Assembly (NCBI GenBank): GCA_951406725.2 | Contig: OX597830.1 | Location: forward strand, 19,592,001-19,656,000 | DNA from: Octopus vulgaris | Lineage: Eukaryota | Reading direction: 5' to 3' | DNA: 64,000 nt | Position numbers and translations under genes: made by a program | The notes under the pieces: generated by a model | The model's database searches: none | What the model was told of the DNA's origin: nothing | The model's input: only the letters and a program-made list of their open reading frames with translations | Part shown: positions 12,400 to 25,194 of the stretch, in pieces | Layout of the letters: every line of letters begins with the position of its first letter | How positions within the stretch are numbered: position 1 is the stretch's first letter

Positions 12400-14810
12400 T
12401 CCAAGAACAACAATCTATTGAAGAAGAAATCAATCGATAGCGACATGATAGTATCATTGAGCTAAATCAGTCGGCATATCAACACAAGTACATATAACCA
12501 AGAACAGGATGAACAAGTCAATTAACAGTACCACTAGAGTCGTACTGTAAATCAATATACGGCTATTGATGCACACCCAATGTCCCGAATTGATGAACTG
12601 GTCAATACCTTGTCAAATCTTTTCCACTTTGAATCTTCAAACTGCTGCCATCAGACAGCGGTGCTAGATTCTGAGCGCTCATATACAACTTCCGAAACCA
12701 CGGATAAGGTTTAACAGTTCTGTAGGCTTCCTTACGACGTTTTGAGAAGTTGATTGACAGACCCATTAATGAATACAGACTGAACAATACTTTTGCTTGC
12801 ATGAATAGCATTTAATCGACTCTAGATGTCCTCAAGATTAACAACCGTTGATACGATAATCAAGCGGAAGTAAAGCAAATAAATTTTAATATGACTACGG
12901 ACACTCGCCCGGTTTATACCGAATCAAAGTTACCTATTCTTGGTTATAACACTTGTTATCAATTACTTCGACCTGATCTAACTAGTGTAGAATCTTTCTT
13001 GATTATTTTCCCTCTATCAGATTGTTAGTCTTTAAAACGTATGAAGAATTAATTCGCTCACTGTTCTCAGTGGATACCCATTATTGTTTTAACAAGACGC
13101 ATCCATTTCCGCTTCAACTAGGATGAAATAAAAGTCTTTAAATCAATAAAACGCTGCATTACATGACCTGTTTTGATTGATATCGACAAAACGCATTTCA
13201 AACAAGATTAGTATAGACTTGGTTAAATAGAAAACCTTATATAAAATGACCTGCTAGTAGCTTACATCTTACGCAATCTGCTCATAATTCTACGGCAGCC
13301 CCCCCAAAATTTATCAATAGGGGAAGCTGTCAAAACGTGGAGCTTTTATTTTTCGGCAAGACTATTATGACTGATGCGCAGTTTTGGCATCCTATGTGGC
13401 ACAATTTACATTCTAGAATAAAGAACGAAAAATTTCAAAAACGACGCATGGAAATATTAAGTTATTCTTTCAATATTTGCTCTCGACCTACTTAACAAAA
13501 TGTCGTAACTACCATTATCAAGCAGGGTAACTGAGAATAACCCGATTGGCTCATTTTATAAAAGGGGCCCTATCTTCTGTTCAGTATAGAAATCCGGCAG
13601 ATATGTAGTAACTGCTCAATCTGTTTACGAATTAAATCGCAATATTTCTTAAATTAAAATCACAAATTGGTTAAAACGGATCTTTTCGGTTTGAACGGCA
13701 GTTTTTTAAAAATAATTTCCACGTAACTAAACAATTTTAAACTTCGTATACTGGTAGAATGTGTTTATAAAACATCTTTTTCTCTTGGCTTCATTGAGAA
13801 AATTCTATAGTTTGTAAGATATTTGTTGTTTTTCCTTCAATTTCTGCAATTTCAACCAATCAATGACGTCTATTGAGGTGAAAACATTTTGTGCCGTATG
13901 AATATATCCCTCGTTTAAGAAACAGATTGGGTTTATTTACATTTCTGAAGAAAAAAAAGATACCCTTACCCCACCTCTAACCTTAACTAACCCTAACCCT
14001 AAAACAGATTGAAATGCAATAGATCGATACTAGGGTCATAATTATGGGTGACAATTTCATATGACACCGCTAGAAAAAACTGTCGTTCAAACCGAAAAGA
14101 TCCGTTAAAACAACTATCCCCGCCCCCTCCCACTAAATGACATTGCATTGGTTTTCGTGTTGGTAATAATCAATAGCAATTACGTAAAGTGCTGAGGTCG
14201 ATTTAATCGATTAACACCCAGCTCTGAAATTTCGGGTCTTGCACCTGTCTTAGAAACAATTACCGATGGTTATTCATGTCTACCTTTTGTCTACGCATAA
14301 ATCTATAACTTGTTTGGTAAATATATTTGCTCTATTTGACTGATCGTGTGTGCTTGCCTGTACGAGCCTCCAATATATACAGTATTTATCCAAATATAAT
14401 GTTGACCCCATTCTCTTTACAAAGGAATAGTCATTGTACAAAGGTGAGCGGTAATATTTGGAAAATGATTAAGCTGTCGTAAGCTCAAAACGACTTTTCG
14501 ATCATATCTAGGGAGTAAGCAATACCTGACGTTCTACATTCCATTGATAATCTCCTGTGTTCTAGTACCTATTGCATACAGTAAGAAACGTTCTTCAATT
14601 TTAATCGACGTGAACCAACAATGACATCCTTATCGCGATGACTAATGACTCTAGAGAGACAGCGTCTGAAAACGATGTGTAATCCAAAGTAGAAGTCATT
14701 AACAGAACCTGTAGAATTAATTGAAGAAACACTAAATATGCGTGAGTTCGCAAAGCCAAATCAATGGATAGGAAACCGTAGTTATACTTCGTTACCTCAC
14801 ACTAAGAACT
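12400..14810 (+). mobile_element. Fossil Ty3/Gypsy pol (RT-RNase H-integrase), interrupted by MITE copy 4
   Basis: Frame-broken peptides in Gypsy order: RTVNQYTAIDAHPMSRIDELVNTL (12541), TIMTD..SRIKNEKFQKRRMEILSYSFNICSRP (13361), EIRQICSNCSICLRIK (~13590), LHSIDNLLCSST (~14535), EPVELIE (~14705). Confidence 0.8.
13678..14103 (+). mobile_element. MITE copy 4
   Basis: Same TIRs, TSD gttaaaac. Confidence 0.92.
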
Positions 14811-15684
14811 TCTAAGCGAATTGACAAATAGTTAGCAAGCAAGTTAGCAAATTACGGACGATACGGAAATTCGGTCAGGGACATTTGGCTGGTATTTCTA
14901 GCGAACAGAATTATTCCTCCTGTTTAATTTTTGAGAACTAATATTAAACTGTGAGAATATATTTCGTTATTTCGGGTTTCTAAAAAAAATAAATGTTTAA
15001 GAGTTATTTGGCAATCTTTCGTCTCTAGTAGACCTTTCCGTAATTTTTTTTTTTTTTTACATATGGGCTTGCGGGAACTTTTGAAGTAATGAGAGCGAAA
15101 GAGACTAAGAGAAAGCCATTTTATGACGAGGGAAGTTCTTTTGAAGTTACCGTGCATGGCAAGCATTGACGTACATGCGTGTGTGTGTGTGTGTGTGTGT
15201 TTGATGGGGTGTGGGAGACAGACAGTATGTTGTATAAGTGAAGTGCTTCTGTTAGTGTGTGTGAAGAGACAGAGTAATGTGTGAAAGAAAGAGATAACTG
15301 AAATTTTTTACTCGGTGTATGTGTATATGTATGTATATTACTTCAAAAGTTCCCGCAAGCCCATATGTAAAAAAAAAATATTTTTTTACGGAAATCGACG
15401 GAAAGGTCTACTAGAGACGAAAGATCGCCAGTTATTTCAATAATTTGTTTCCATCTAAAAAAACAGGGGTTGGGTTAGGATAGGTGATTTGATCCTCATT
15501 TTACGATTTATATTGATATTTCTTTTAAACGTTTGAAAGTTATTTCATCAATTTGTCTTTTTTATAATCAGTGGTCATCAATACGTTAGCTGTGACCCAC
15601 TGACACGTTTTTGTTAAATTTAACAAATGATGGTTTTTACGCTCTTTTTATGTCATGATTTAATTTTTGTTAACAAAAGCTGTT

Positions 15685-15756
15685 TCCCATGTGGTCTAGT
15701 GGTTAGGATTCCTGGCTTTCACCCAGGCGGCCCGGGTTCGATTCCCGGCATGGGAA
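15685..15756 (+). tRNA. tRNA-Glu (anticodon TTC)
   Basis: TCCCATG/CATGGGA acceptor stem, CCTGG-CT TTC AC-CCAGG anticodon arm, GGTTCGATTCC B box, oligo-T terminator from 15761. Confidence 0.95.
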
Positions 15757-17625
15757 CGCCTTTTTTTTTTTTTATTTTAATGGCGGTGCTTAGGCATGGC
15801 CATCGTCATTGGACTGAAACATATAAAAAATAAAAGACTATTAATAAAAAGTAAGCATCGCCTGTTTAAGAAATAGAGATTTTTTAAAACATAAGATATA
15901 TATATATATACATAGACCACGAGGAACTGTAAAAAAAGCAACAACAAACGAACTAACTAAATATGAAAACCGATAAAAACGTAATTTGATCTTTGTAAAA
16001 AGTTGTTTTGCAGATCCCTGTTAAGTAAAAATAGGGCTGAGGTGGGAGTGAAGTGATTAAATTTGCTGATGGAGACTTATTGCAAGAAAAAGAGCAAGTG
16101 TGAAGAAGTGAAATTATTGTTAGATGTCAAACGAATAGTGCGACCCAATTCAGTGTCGTGCGAAACTGGACGAGCGCCAGTGAAAAACAGAGGAAGATTA
16201 CTCTGCAGAAATTAAGAAAATGTCAGAAGTAATAAAAGATACAGAGAGGAACTGTGTTGAGAGGCAAGGAGAAAAGAGGACAGCCATGTACTAATGTTTG
16301 TTAGAAGAATGTGTGTAAAAGACGGAGAAACTTTAGTGAAGACAGAAATGAAAAAGAATAAGTTCAAGGAAACCAGAAGGAACGAGAGAGGGTGGGAAGA
16401 AAATGTATGAAAGAAAGAGAGAGAGAGAGAGTGGGGAGAAAACGTGTGAAAGAAAGAAAGAAAGAAAGAGAGAGAGAAAAGAGCAATAAAGAGGTGTTAG
16501 CGTGAAAGTTGCATTATTGCAATAGACTCACACTCCTTCTCTCTCATGCTACTACAATAATCGAAGGGGAGGTTTCGACCTTGAACATCCAATGAAAATG
16601 CGCGATTCAAGAGGACCATGCGCCTTCGCACTTCACCACCAAGTTCAAGGTTGTTTGTCAACAACTCCAAGTCACACTTCACTCTTGATTGATCCCGTTT
16701 GCCGTCCTACAGGGAAAGAGGGATAAAGAAAGAGAGAGAGAGAGAGAGTGTGAGTGTGTGTATGTGAAAGAAAGGAAAACAGCACCACTACCAACAGCAA
16801 CAACAAACAACTACCTCAGCCAATACTGGTAAATACTAACTTGTGACTTTCTACCTATACTTGCACCAACACTGCGGCACCACTTCAATTCTGCTTCTAT
16901 ATACATACCACTAGAACATTACCCTAGTACTACTTGACTTACAATCACCCAGCTATTAGAACCAATATCACTAAAACTGCCATAATATGACCAACACGGC
17001 GATTATATCATCGACACTAGGCCAGGACGAGCATATATCACTCACTGGGAATAAAGTAGCCCTGGCATCATCATTAGCACCCTGGTTTGAAAATAGGCAT
17101 TAAAAATAATATCCAGAAACCACCGGCAAAATATTTTCTATCACCGGTGTCACAAGATCCTTCTCTACCGTGCCAACACTTTGCACTAGACTTAGCACCC
17201 GTCCCCACAGACACTAGCACTGTCACAGGAATTACTCGAAGTATCCTTAATATCTTTGTATTGCTTATCTCAGGTTTAATCTTAAACTGTATTCTTAATA
17301 AGTGATCGCCGCATTTGGAAGATCGTTAAATTTCGGGGGACTTGAGTGGGAGGAAAACAAAACCGAAAGAGAGAATCGATTTTAATTCACTCATACACGC
17401 ATAATTTTATACACACGCGCGGACAGACAGACCAGCTTTATATATATATAAATATATATATATATCATATTCACCTCCTTTTTAGTTAGAAAAATATACG
17501 ATTTTATGTATTCAATATCAATGCATATATTTGTTATATTCTAAACTTCAGTTTTTCACTGCCAAGTGGTTGGACAACGTTTGAGAAAGAAGCGGTAAAT
17601 TCACGATTAAAATACAAGGAAGAAA

Positions 17626-17669
17626 ATGACAACTCTAAAGAAAATCTGTATTGTTGGTTCGGGAAATTG
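17626..17669 (+). CDS. GPD1: Glycerol-3-phosphate dehydrogenase [NAD+], exon 1 (MTTLKKICIVGSGNW)
   Basis: ATG plus Rossmann GSGNW, donor TG|gtaaga, phase matches exon 2; not in ORF track. Confidence 0.93.
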
Positions 17670-20042
17670 GTAAGATTTACTTTAAATATAGTGATTTAAT
17701 TAATATTTTGTAAGTGTATATGCTTCAGTACTGCTAAAAACCATATGGTGTTAGCGAAGTGAATGACGATTATGCGTGCGGTATGTTTGTAGCTTTTTCG
17801 AAAGTAAGTTTCGTGTTTCCAACTCCTCCCCCCTCTTGCGCTCTATTTTGTATCACATCCACTCAGCTCGTTTCTTCCTTTCATCATCACACCATCATTA
17901 ATTAAAATTTAATCATCTCGTTGATATTCAATCGCTACCTCCATAATATCTGCAACATACACCTACATATTATGTAATGTTGTGTCTTTTTTCTTTCTTT
18001 ATTTCCGGGACTTCTTGAAAGCGAAACAAATTTAGAAGAAAACTTATATATGTTATTTACTGCTAATCTTTCTACTCTCTTCTATAAACAATCGATACAC
18101 TTGTGTAGTTTATTTCCGCCTACAAATTCGTCATCTTGTGATAATGTATGAAATCCTTATTACAAATGAATTCTCTCCTATTTCCTGCCAGTTTTATCCA
18201 CAACCCTTTTGTTTATGTTTACTCGCTCCGTTTTGTGGGCTTACAATAGCCCTTAACTAAAAACCCTTAACTCAGTAGTTTGATTTATTTTTCTGAGATC
18301 TCTTACCATCAATACCAAATATTCTTATACTGTCGCAACACTTCGTCCTGATGCCTTTTTTTTTTTTTAAAAAAACTCACTGCAAATAATAATAATAATA
18401 ATAATGGTTTCAAATTTTGGTACAAGGCTAGCAAGCTCGGGGAAGGGGTAAGTCGAATATATCCACCCCAGTGCTTATTTTATCGATCCTAGTAGGATGA
18501 AAAGCAAAGTCGATCTCAGCTGAATTTGAACTTTGAACGTTAAGGCTGACGAACTACATAAAATAAAATCTTATTTGCTGTAAATCTCCAGTATTAATGA
18601 TAAAAACCATAAAAAATAGAAGGTTGTAATTCGTTCATAACAAAGATTCTATACGTCTGCACAAGATGACAAATTTACAGCAGGAATTTTAAGTATCGAA
18701 GTGTATCGAATGTTTATGTAAGAGCGGTCGAACGATTAACAATAAATAAAAGAGATACTCAACTCATCAACAAAATTATAATTCACTTAGGAAATGAAAA
18801 TACTATTAAATATTTATTATTCAATAAGGCTGTTATGAGATCTTGCAAAATTGATTTTTTAAAAAATATGTACTGTGTTCATTCCTTTTCTAACAAAGAC
18901 CTAAAAAAAGAGGACTGATCTTAAATTTCCCACAAAGTACACATAACTAATAGTATATTTCGTTACAAATACATACATACACGTCGGGGACGAGACAATT
19001 TGGAGATCGCAAAAGTGCATATAAAAGAAATATATAAATGTAAACACGAAAACGCTTTTTTATGTCAAGTGATTCATGCTTTTGCACGCATCCAAGTACA
19101 TAGTGTATAAAATACACTTGATTATATGTACATAAATGTGGGACTACTACATTATGTATATATTTACTGCATTCATTTAGTGTACTCATAATTTCACAGT
19201 TTATATTTAGAATTTGCAACCATTGTTAGTGTCTGTATGCGTTTTCAGTTTTTTACTGTGACATTTGCGCGAACCTTTTCAGTTTGTGTGTCTCTCCCCC
19301 ACCATCCTATTTCTGATTCTCTGTACTGGTTATGCATAATACATTATTCATAATTACATATATATACACCACACATACACTTTATGTGTGTGTCTAATAT
19401 ATATATTTACAGCATCATAGAAACTAAGCATGACTTCTAGATCATCATCATCATTATCATCATTTTAACGTTCAGTTTTTCCATGTTAGCATGGGTTGTA
19501 CGGGATTAACTGAAGCAGATTTTAAATGGCTGGATGCCCTTCCTCTCTCCTCTTTCCAAGCAATGTAATATCTCCCCATAGCCAGACATTTTTTGCAGAA
19601 TGTTTAAAGTGAATTACACTGCTTGTATGAAAGTGACACTCATTTACAATTATCACATCATATCAAGACAAGAACACACACACACACATTCATTTCTAAT
19701 TTTTTCTAAATGTGAGTAGCCATGTCACTCCCCTTCAGCAAGAACCTGCTCAGCCTTTCTCCTCCTCTCCTATCTTAATCCACATCTGCTTCTATAAAGC
19801 ATCCTCACTGAGTTTTGTCGACTTGCAGGCTGCATGGTGATCTCACCAACGTCAGTGGCATGAGACAAGCACCTGGCACTTACATTGTAAAGGGGTTGGC
19901 ATTAGGAAGGGCATCTGACCATTGAAACTATGCCACAGCAGATGCTGGAACACAATGTAGCCCTTGGACCTATGAGATCCTGTCACACTGTCTAACACAT
20001 GCCAGCAACATGGAGCATGGATTTTAAATGATGATATATATA

Positions 20043-20447
20043 TTTACTCTTTTACTTGTTTCAGTCATTTGACTGCGGCCATGCTGGAGCACCTCTTTTA
20101 GTCGAGCAAATTGACCCCAGGACTTATTCTTTGTAAGCCTAGTACTTATTCTATCGGTCTCTTTTGCCGAACTGCTAAGTTACGGGGACGCAAACACACC
20201 AGCATTGGTTGTCAAGCGATGTTGGGGGGATAAACACAGACACACAAACATATACACACACATACATATATATACATACATATATACGACGGGCTTCTTT
20301 CAGTTTATGTCTACCAAATCCACTGACAAGGCTTTGGTTGGCCCGAGGCTATAGTAGAAGACACTTTTCCAACTATGCAGTGGGACTGAACCCAGAACCA
20401 TGTAGTTGGTAAGCAAGCTACTTACCACACAGCCACTCTTGCACCTA
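20043..20447 (-). mobile_element. SINE family A
   Basis: Reverse complement of the 527-976 type. Confidence 0.85.
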
Positions 20448-20941
20448 TATATATAATGTGTGATGGGCTTCTTTTAGTTTACCTCTATCAAATCTACTCA
20501 CTAGGCTTCGGTTGTTTTGGGGCTATAGTAGAAGACACATGCCCAAGGTGTTGCATTGAACCTGAAATCATGAGGCTGGAAAGCAAACTTCTTTAATTTA
20601 CAGCCATGCATGTGCCTCTAAATTCTGCAGTTTATTCTTTCACTGATTTCATTGATTAGAGCATGGTCATGCTGGGGCAACCCCTTCAATGGCCTTGTTA
20701 GTCATAATGACCCCAGAACTCATTTCAATCTGGCACCTGTTTTATTGGCCTGCTATATAAAACAGCCAAGTTTGCCATGCTTAGTAGCATACTGGATCGT
20801 GTTGTGCTGGGATGCACCTACTATTTTCCTTCTATGGCAAAATATGCTCCTAATTCAATAAAATTATGAAGGTTACTCTGAGTACTATGCATAAAATACA
20901 AAATATATTATTATTTTGTTGAGTATAGGTGCACCCACCGC

Positions 20942-21250
20942 TATTCTTTGTAAGCCCAGTACTTATTCTATCGGTCTCTTTTGCCGAACCGCTAAGTGAC
21001 GAGGACGTAAACACACCAGCATCGGTTGTCAAACAATGCTAGGGGGACAAACACAGACACACAAACACACACACATATATATATATATATACATAATACG
21101 ACAGGCTTCTTTCAGTTTCCGTCTACCAAATCCACTCACAAGGCATTGGTCGGCCCGGGGCTATAGCAGAAGACACTTGACCAAGATGCCACGCAGTGGG
21201 ACTGAACCCGGAACCATGTGGTTGGTTAGCAAGCTACTTACCACACAGCC
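20942..21250 (-). mobile_element. SINE family A (3' truncated)
   Basis: Similarity to other copies. Confidence 0.8.
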
Positions 21251-22458
21251 ATTTTATTATTTTGTAGATTATAGGTGCACCCATTGCTATTCTGCCTACA
21301 ACTTGAATCTACAGGTGTACAGACCAACATAACACTGTAGTTCTTACATTCAAAAAAGACTCTTAAATACATCTAAAAGCTATCACATCTACCTGTAATT
21401 GCTTTTAGATGTTGTCAGCAGAAAAAGGAAATGACAACAAAAATGGTCTACAAACAATACACTAGATTTGCCATATTCTGTAGTAGTGTTTTAACTGGGT
21501 CCCTAATATTATTATCATCATTGTCATCATTTAGCCTCCGTTTTCCATGCTAGCATGGGTAAGACGGTTTGACTAGAACTGGAGAGCAGCAGCAGACTAT
21601 GGTTCAGGCATGTGCCGTCAGTAATTACTCAGGGTAGGCAGTTGGTGACGTTTATGTAGTAAAACACGCAAAAAAATAAGTGAAACACAGGCGTGCAACT
21701 GAATTGGAGGCAGAATTGCTTTTGCCTTTATATTGCGTAAAGAAAACATTGTTGTAGGAATGTACGCAGCATGTGTACTACAGCAGTTCTATGCATAGCT
21801 TTAATACTGAGATTGAAAAGTGGGGGTAAATTATGCCTACCTAATCTACAAAAAAATAAAATATTTTGTATTTTATGCATAGTAATCAGAGTAACCTTCA
21901 TAATTTCATTGAATTAGGTGCATATTTTGCCATAAAAGGAAAATATTACTATTGATCTATTTTATTCAGGGTAGGCGCTGCCTACCTTGCCAACTCAGGC
22001 TGCACATCCTGCTATAGTTGGTTTTTGCTTGGATTCTATGGCTGGATGCTCTTCCTAACATCAGCCATTCCACAGAGTATACTGTGTGTCTTTTATGTGT
22101 CACCAGCACGGGTGCCCTTTACACATCACCAGCATGCCTTTCACATGTCTGCCAGCTCACTGCTGGTTTCCCAGTTTCTGTGGTGTATATATATACCCCA
22201 CCTCCTCAGATGGGACACCAGTTCATTGCAGGAATATTCATTTTCACCAAATGACTGGACTGGAGCAACATGAAATGAAGTGTTTTTTTGTTCGAGAACC
22301 CAATGCAATGCCCAGTCCAGGAATTGAAAGCACAATCTTATGATCATGAGCCCAACACCTTAATCACAAAGCCATGTGCCTCCACCCTGCAGACACCCAG
22401 TATAGTAAGCTCCTAAAAATGTATCTCTCCCATTTAGTTGCAACAAACATAAACATAT

Positions 22459-22867
22459 ACTCTTTTACTTGTTTCAATCATTTGACTGCGGCCATGCTGG
22501 AGCACCACCCTTAGTCGAGCAAATCGACCCCAGGACTTATTTGCTGTAAGCCTAGTACTTATTCTATCAGTCTCTTTTGCTGACCTGCTAAGTTGCGGGG
22601 ACGTAAACACACCAGCATCGGTTGTCAAGCGATGTTGGGGGGACAAACACAGACACACAAACATATACACACACACACACACACACACATATACATTTAT
22701 ACGACAGGCTTCTTTCAGTTTCCGTTGACCAAATCCACTCACAAGGCTTTGGTCAGCCCGAAGCTATAATAGGAGACACTTGCCCAAGGTGCCACGCAAT
22801 GGGACTGAACCCGCAACCATGTGGTCGGTAAACAAGCTACTTACTACACTGCCACTCCTGCGCCTAT
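22459..22867 (-). mobile_element. SINE family A
   Basis: Similarity to other copies. Confidence 0.85.
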
Positions 22868-23245
22868 ACTATATCTATACTTCTTACATACCATAGTGCT
22901 ACTTGTTTGCAGTTAGAAAGTAGCTCTTTGGTGACAACAACTAGATGGTGGGCAGCATAGTACATGTGACCGTGACCGTGTTTTAGATGTCTATCAACAT
23001 CCGTTTTGCCTTGTGATCTGTTGTTTAAATCTGTTTAAATTCTCTTCCTTCCTTTTATTGTGTTATTGTGAAACCCTGATAATACATTTATTGTCATCAT
23101 TATTATTACTAACAGGAGTGGTTCTATTTAAAACACAAGCACTGTATTCACTATTTAAGAATATAAATGGTAGTCCGTACACACACACACACACACATAT
23201 GTATGCATATATATATATATTTAGAACTGCATATATATATATTTA

Positions 23246-23475
23246 GGGTGGTGAGCTGGCAGAAACGTTAGCGCGCCGGGCGAAATGCTTAGCGGTATTT
23301 TCGTCTGTCGTTATGTTCTGAGTTCAAATTCCTCCGAGGTCAACTTTGCCTTTCATCCTTTCAGAGTCGATAAATAAAGTACTAGTTTCGCACTGGGGTC
23401 GATATAATCGACTTAATCCGTTTGTCTGTCCTTGTTTGTCCCCTCTATGTTTAGCCCCTTGTGGGTAGTAAAGAA
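23246..23475 (+). mobile_element. SINE family B
   Basis: ggtggtgagctggcagaaacgttagc head, Meta-like core, aaagaaata tail. Confidence 0.8.
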
Positions 23476-24096
23476 ATATATATATGTTTAGAACTGTGGA
23501 GGTGTGTGGTTTAATGATTAAGGGTGTTGCGTGATTGTAAGATTGTGGTTTTGATTTCTTGACCAGGCAATGCATTGTGATCTTGAGCAAAACTCTTCAT
23601 TTCATGTTGTTCCATCCAGTTGACAAATAATTCTGCAACAGACAGGTGTCCCCCTCCTGTGGGGTAATATATATGCCACTGAATCTGGAAAACCAGCTTT
23701 AATAACCTATGGCTCCAGGAGGACCTTTGATTTCATTTTACTTGTTTGGGTCATTGAACTGCAGCCATGCTGGGGCACTGCCTTGAAGAGGTTTTAGTCA
23801 AATAAATCTTTCTTTTTTTTCATATCTGGTACTTATTTTATCGATCTCTTTTGCCAAACCATTGAGTTATGAGGACTTAAACACACCAACAACAGTTCTC
23901 AAGCAGTGGTGGGGCACAGATACAGACACAAGGACACACACACGGACACACACACGACTGGCTCCTTTCAGTTTCCATCTACCAAATCCACTCACAAGTT
24001 TTCGTTGGCCCAGGGCTATAGTTAAAGGCACTTGCCCAAGATGCCATGCAGTGGGACTGAACCTGGAACCATGTGGTTGGAAAACAAGTTTCTTAT

Positions 24097-24485
24097 TTCT
24101 TATTTCTTTATTGCCCACAAGGGGCTAAACATAGAGTGGACAAACAAGGACAGACAAAGGGATTAAATCGATTATATTGACCCCAGTGCGTAACTGGTAC
24201 TTATTTAATCGATCCCGAAAGGATGAAAGGTAAAGTCGACCTCGGCAGAATTTGAGCTCAGAACGTAACGGCAGACGAAGTACCTATTTCTTTGCTATCC
24301 ACAAGGGGCTAAACACAGAGAGGACAAACAAGGATAGACAAACGGATTAAGTGCATAACTGGTACTTAATGTATCGACCCTGAAAGGATGAAAGGCAAAG
24401 TTGACCTTGGCGGAATTTGAACTCAGAACGTATACGGATACGCATTTCGCCCGGCTTGCTAATGTTTCTGCCAGCTCGCCGCCTT
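24097..24485 (-). mobile_element. SINE family B, body dimer
   Basis: One head plus two tandem bodies. Confidence 0.75.
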
Positions 24486-25194
24486 GGGAAACAAGTTTCT
24501 TATTACATAGCCACACTTGTGCCTACACATAATTAAGGTAAATAGTTGTGTTATAAGCTAGATGGGAAAAAAAAATGAAAAAAAAAAAACAAAAGAAAAA
24601 AACTCTCAATACCAGAAGTAAAGTTTATAGTTTTTGTTTTTAAACTAATCCTTCATAACTCACACCAACTGGTTTTATATGTTTTCCCATCTTTGGGAAA
24701 TGGAAATTTGATAGCATCTCCATTTTATATAAATAGACTGATATAAAAATGTTTTCGTATAATACTATCATCATCTTTGTAATGTCTACTTTTCCATGCA
24801 TCGGTCAGAAAAAAATTTGCTGAGACTGATTTTCTATAGCAGGATGCTCTTCCAGTTGCCAATCCTCACCTGTTTCTAAACAAGGTGATATTTTCCCCTT
24901 AACCTAGATATTTTTTCACAGATGATTGCTAAAAAAGTGACACATTTTGTATGATGGTAACATTCATATACAGTTAGCACATGGTACCAAGACAAGTAAA
25001 CACATACACACATGCAATATCATCGTCATCATTTAATGTCTGTTCACAGTGCTGGTATGAGTTGGATGGTTTGACAGGAGCTTACAAGGCCAGGGGCCAC
25101 ACCAGTTCCATACTCTGTTTTGGCTTGGTTTCTACAGCTGGATGCCCTTCCTAACGCCAACCACTTTACAGAGTGTACTGGGTGCAGTTCAGTT

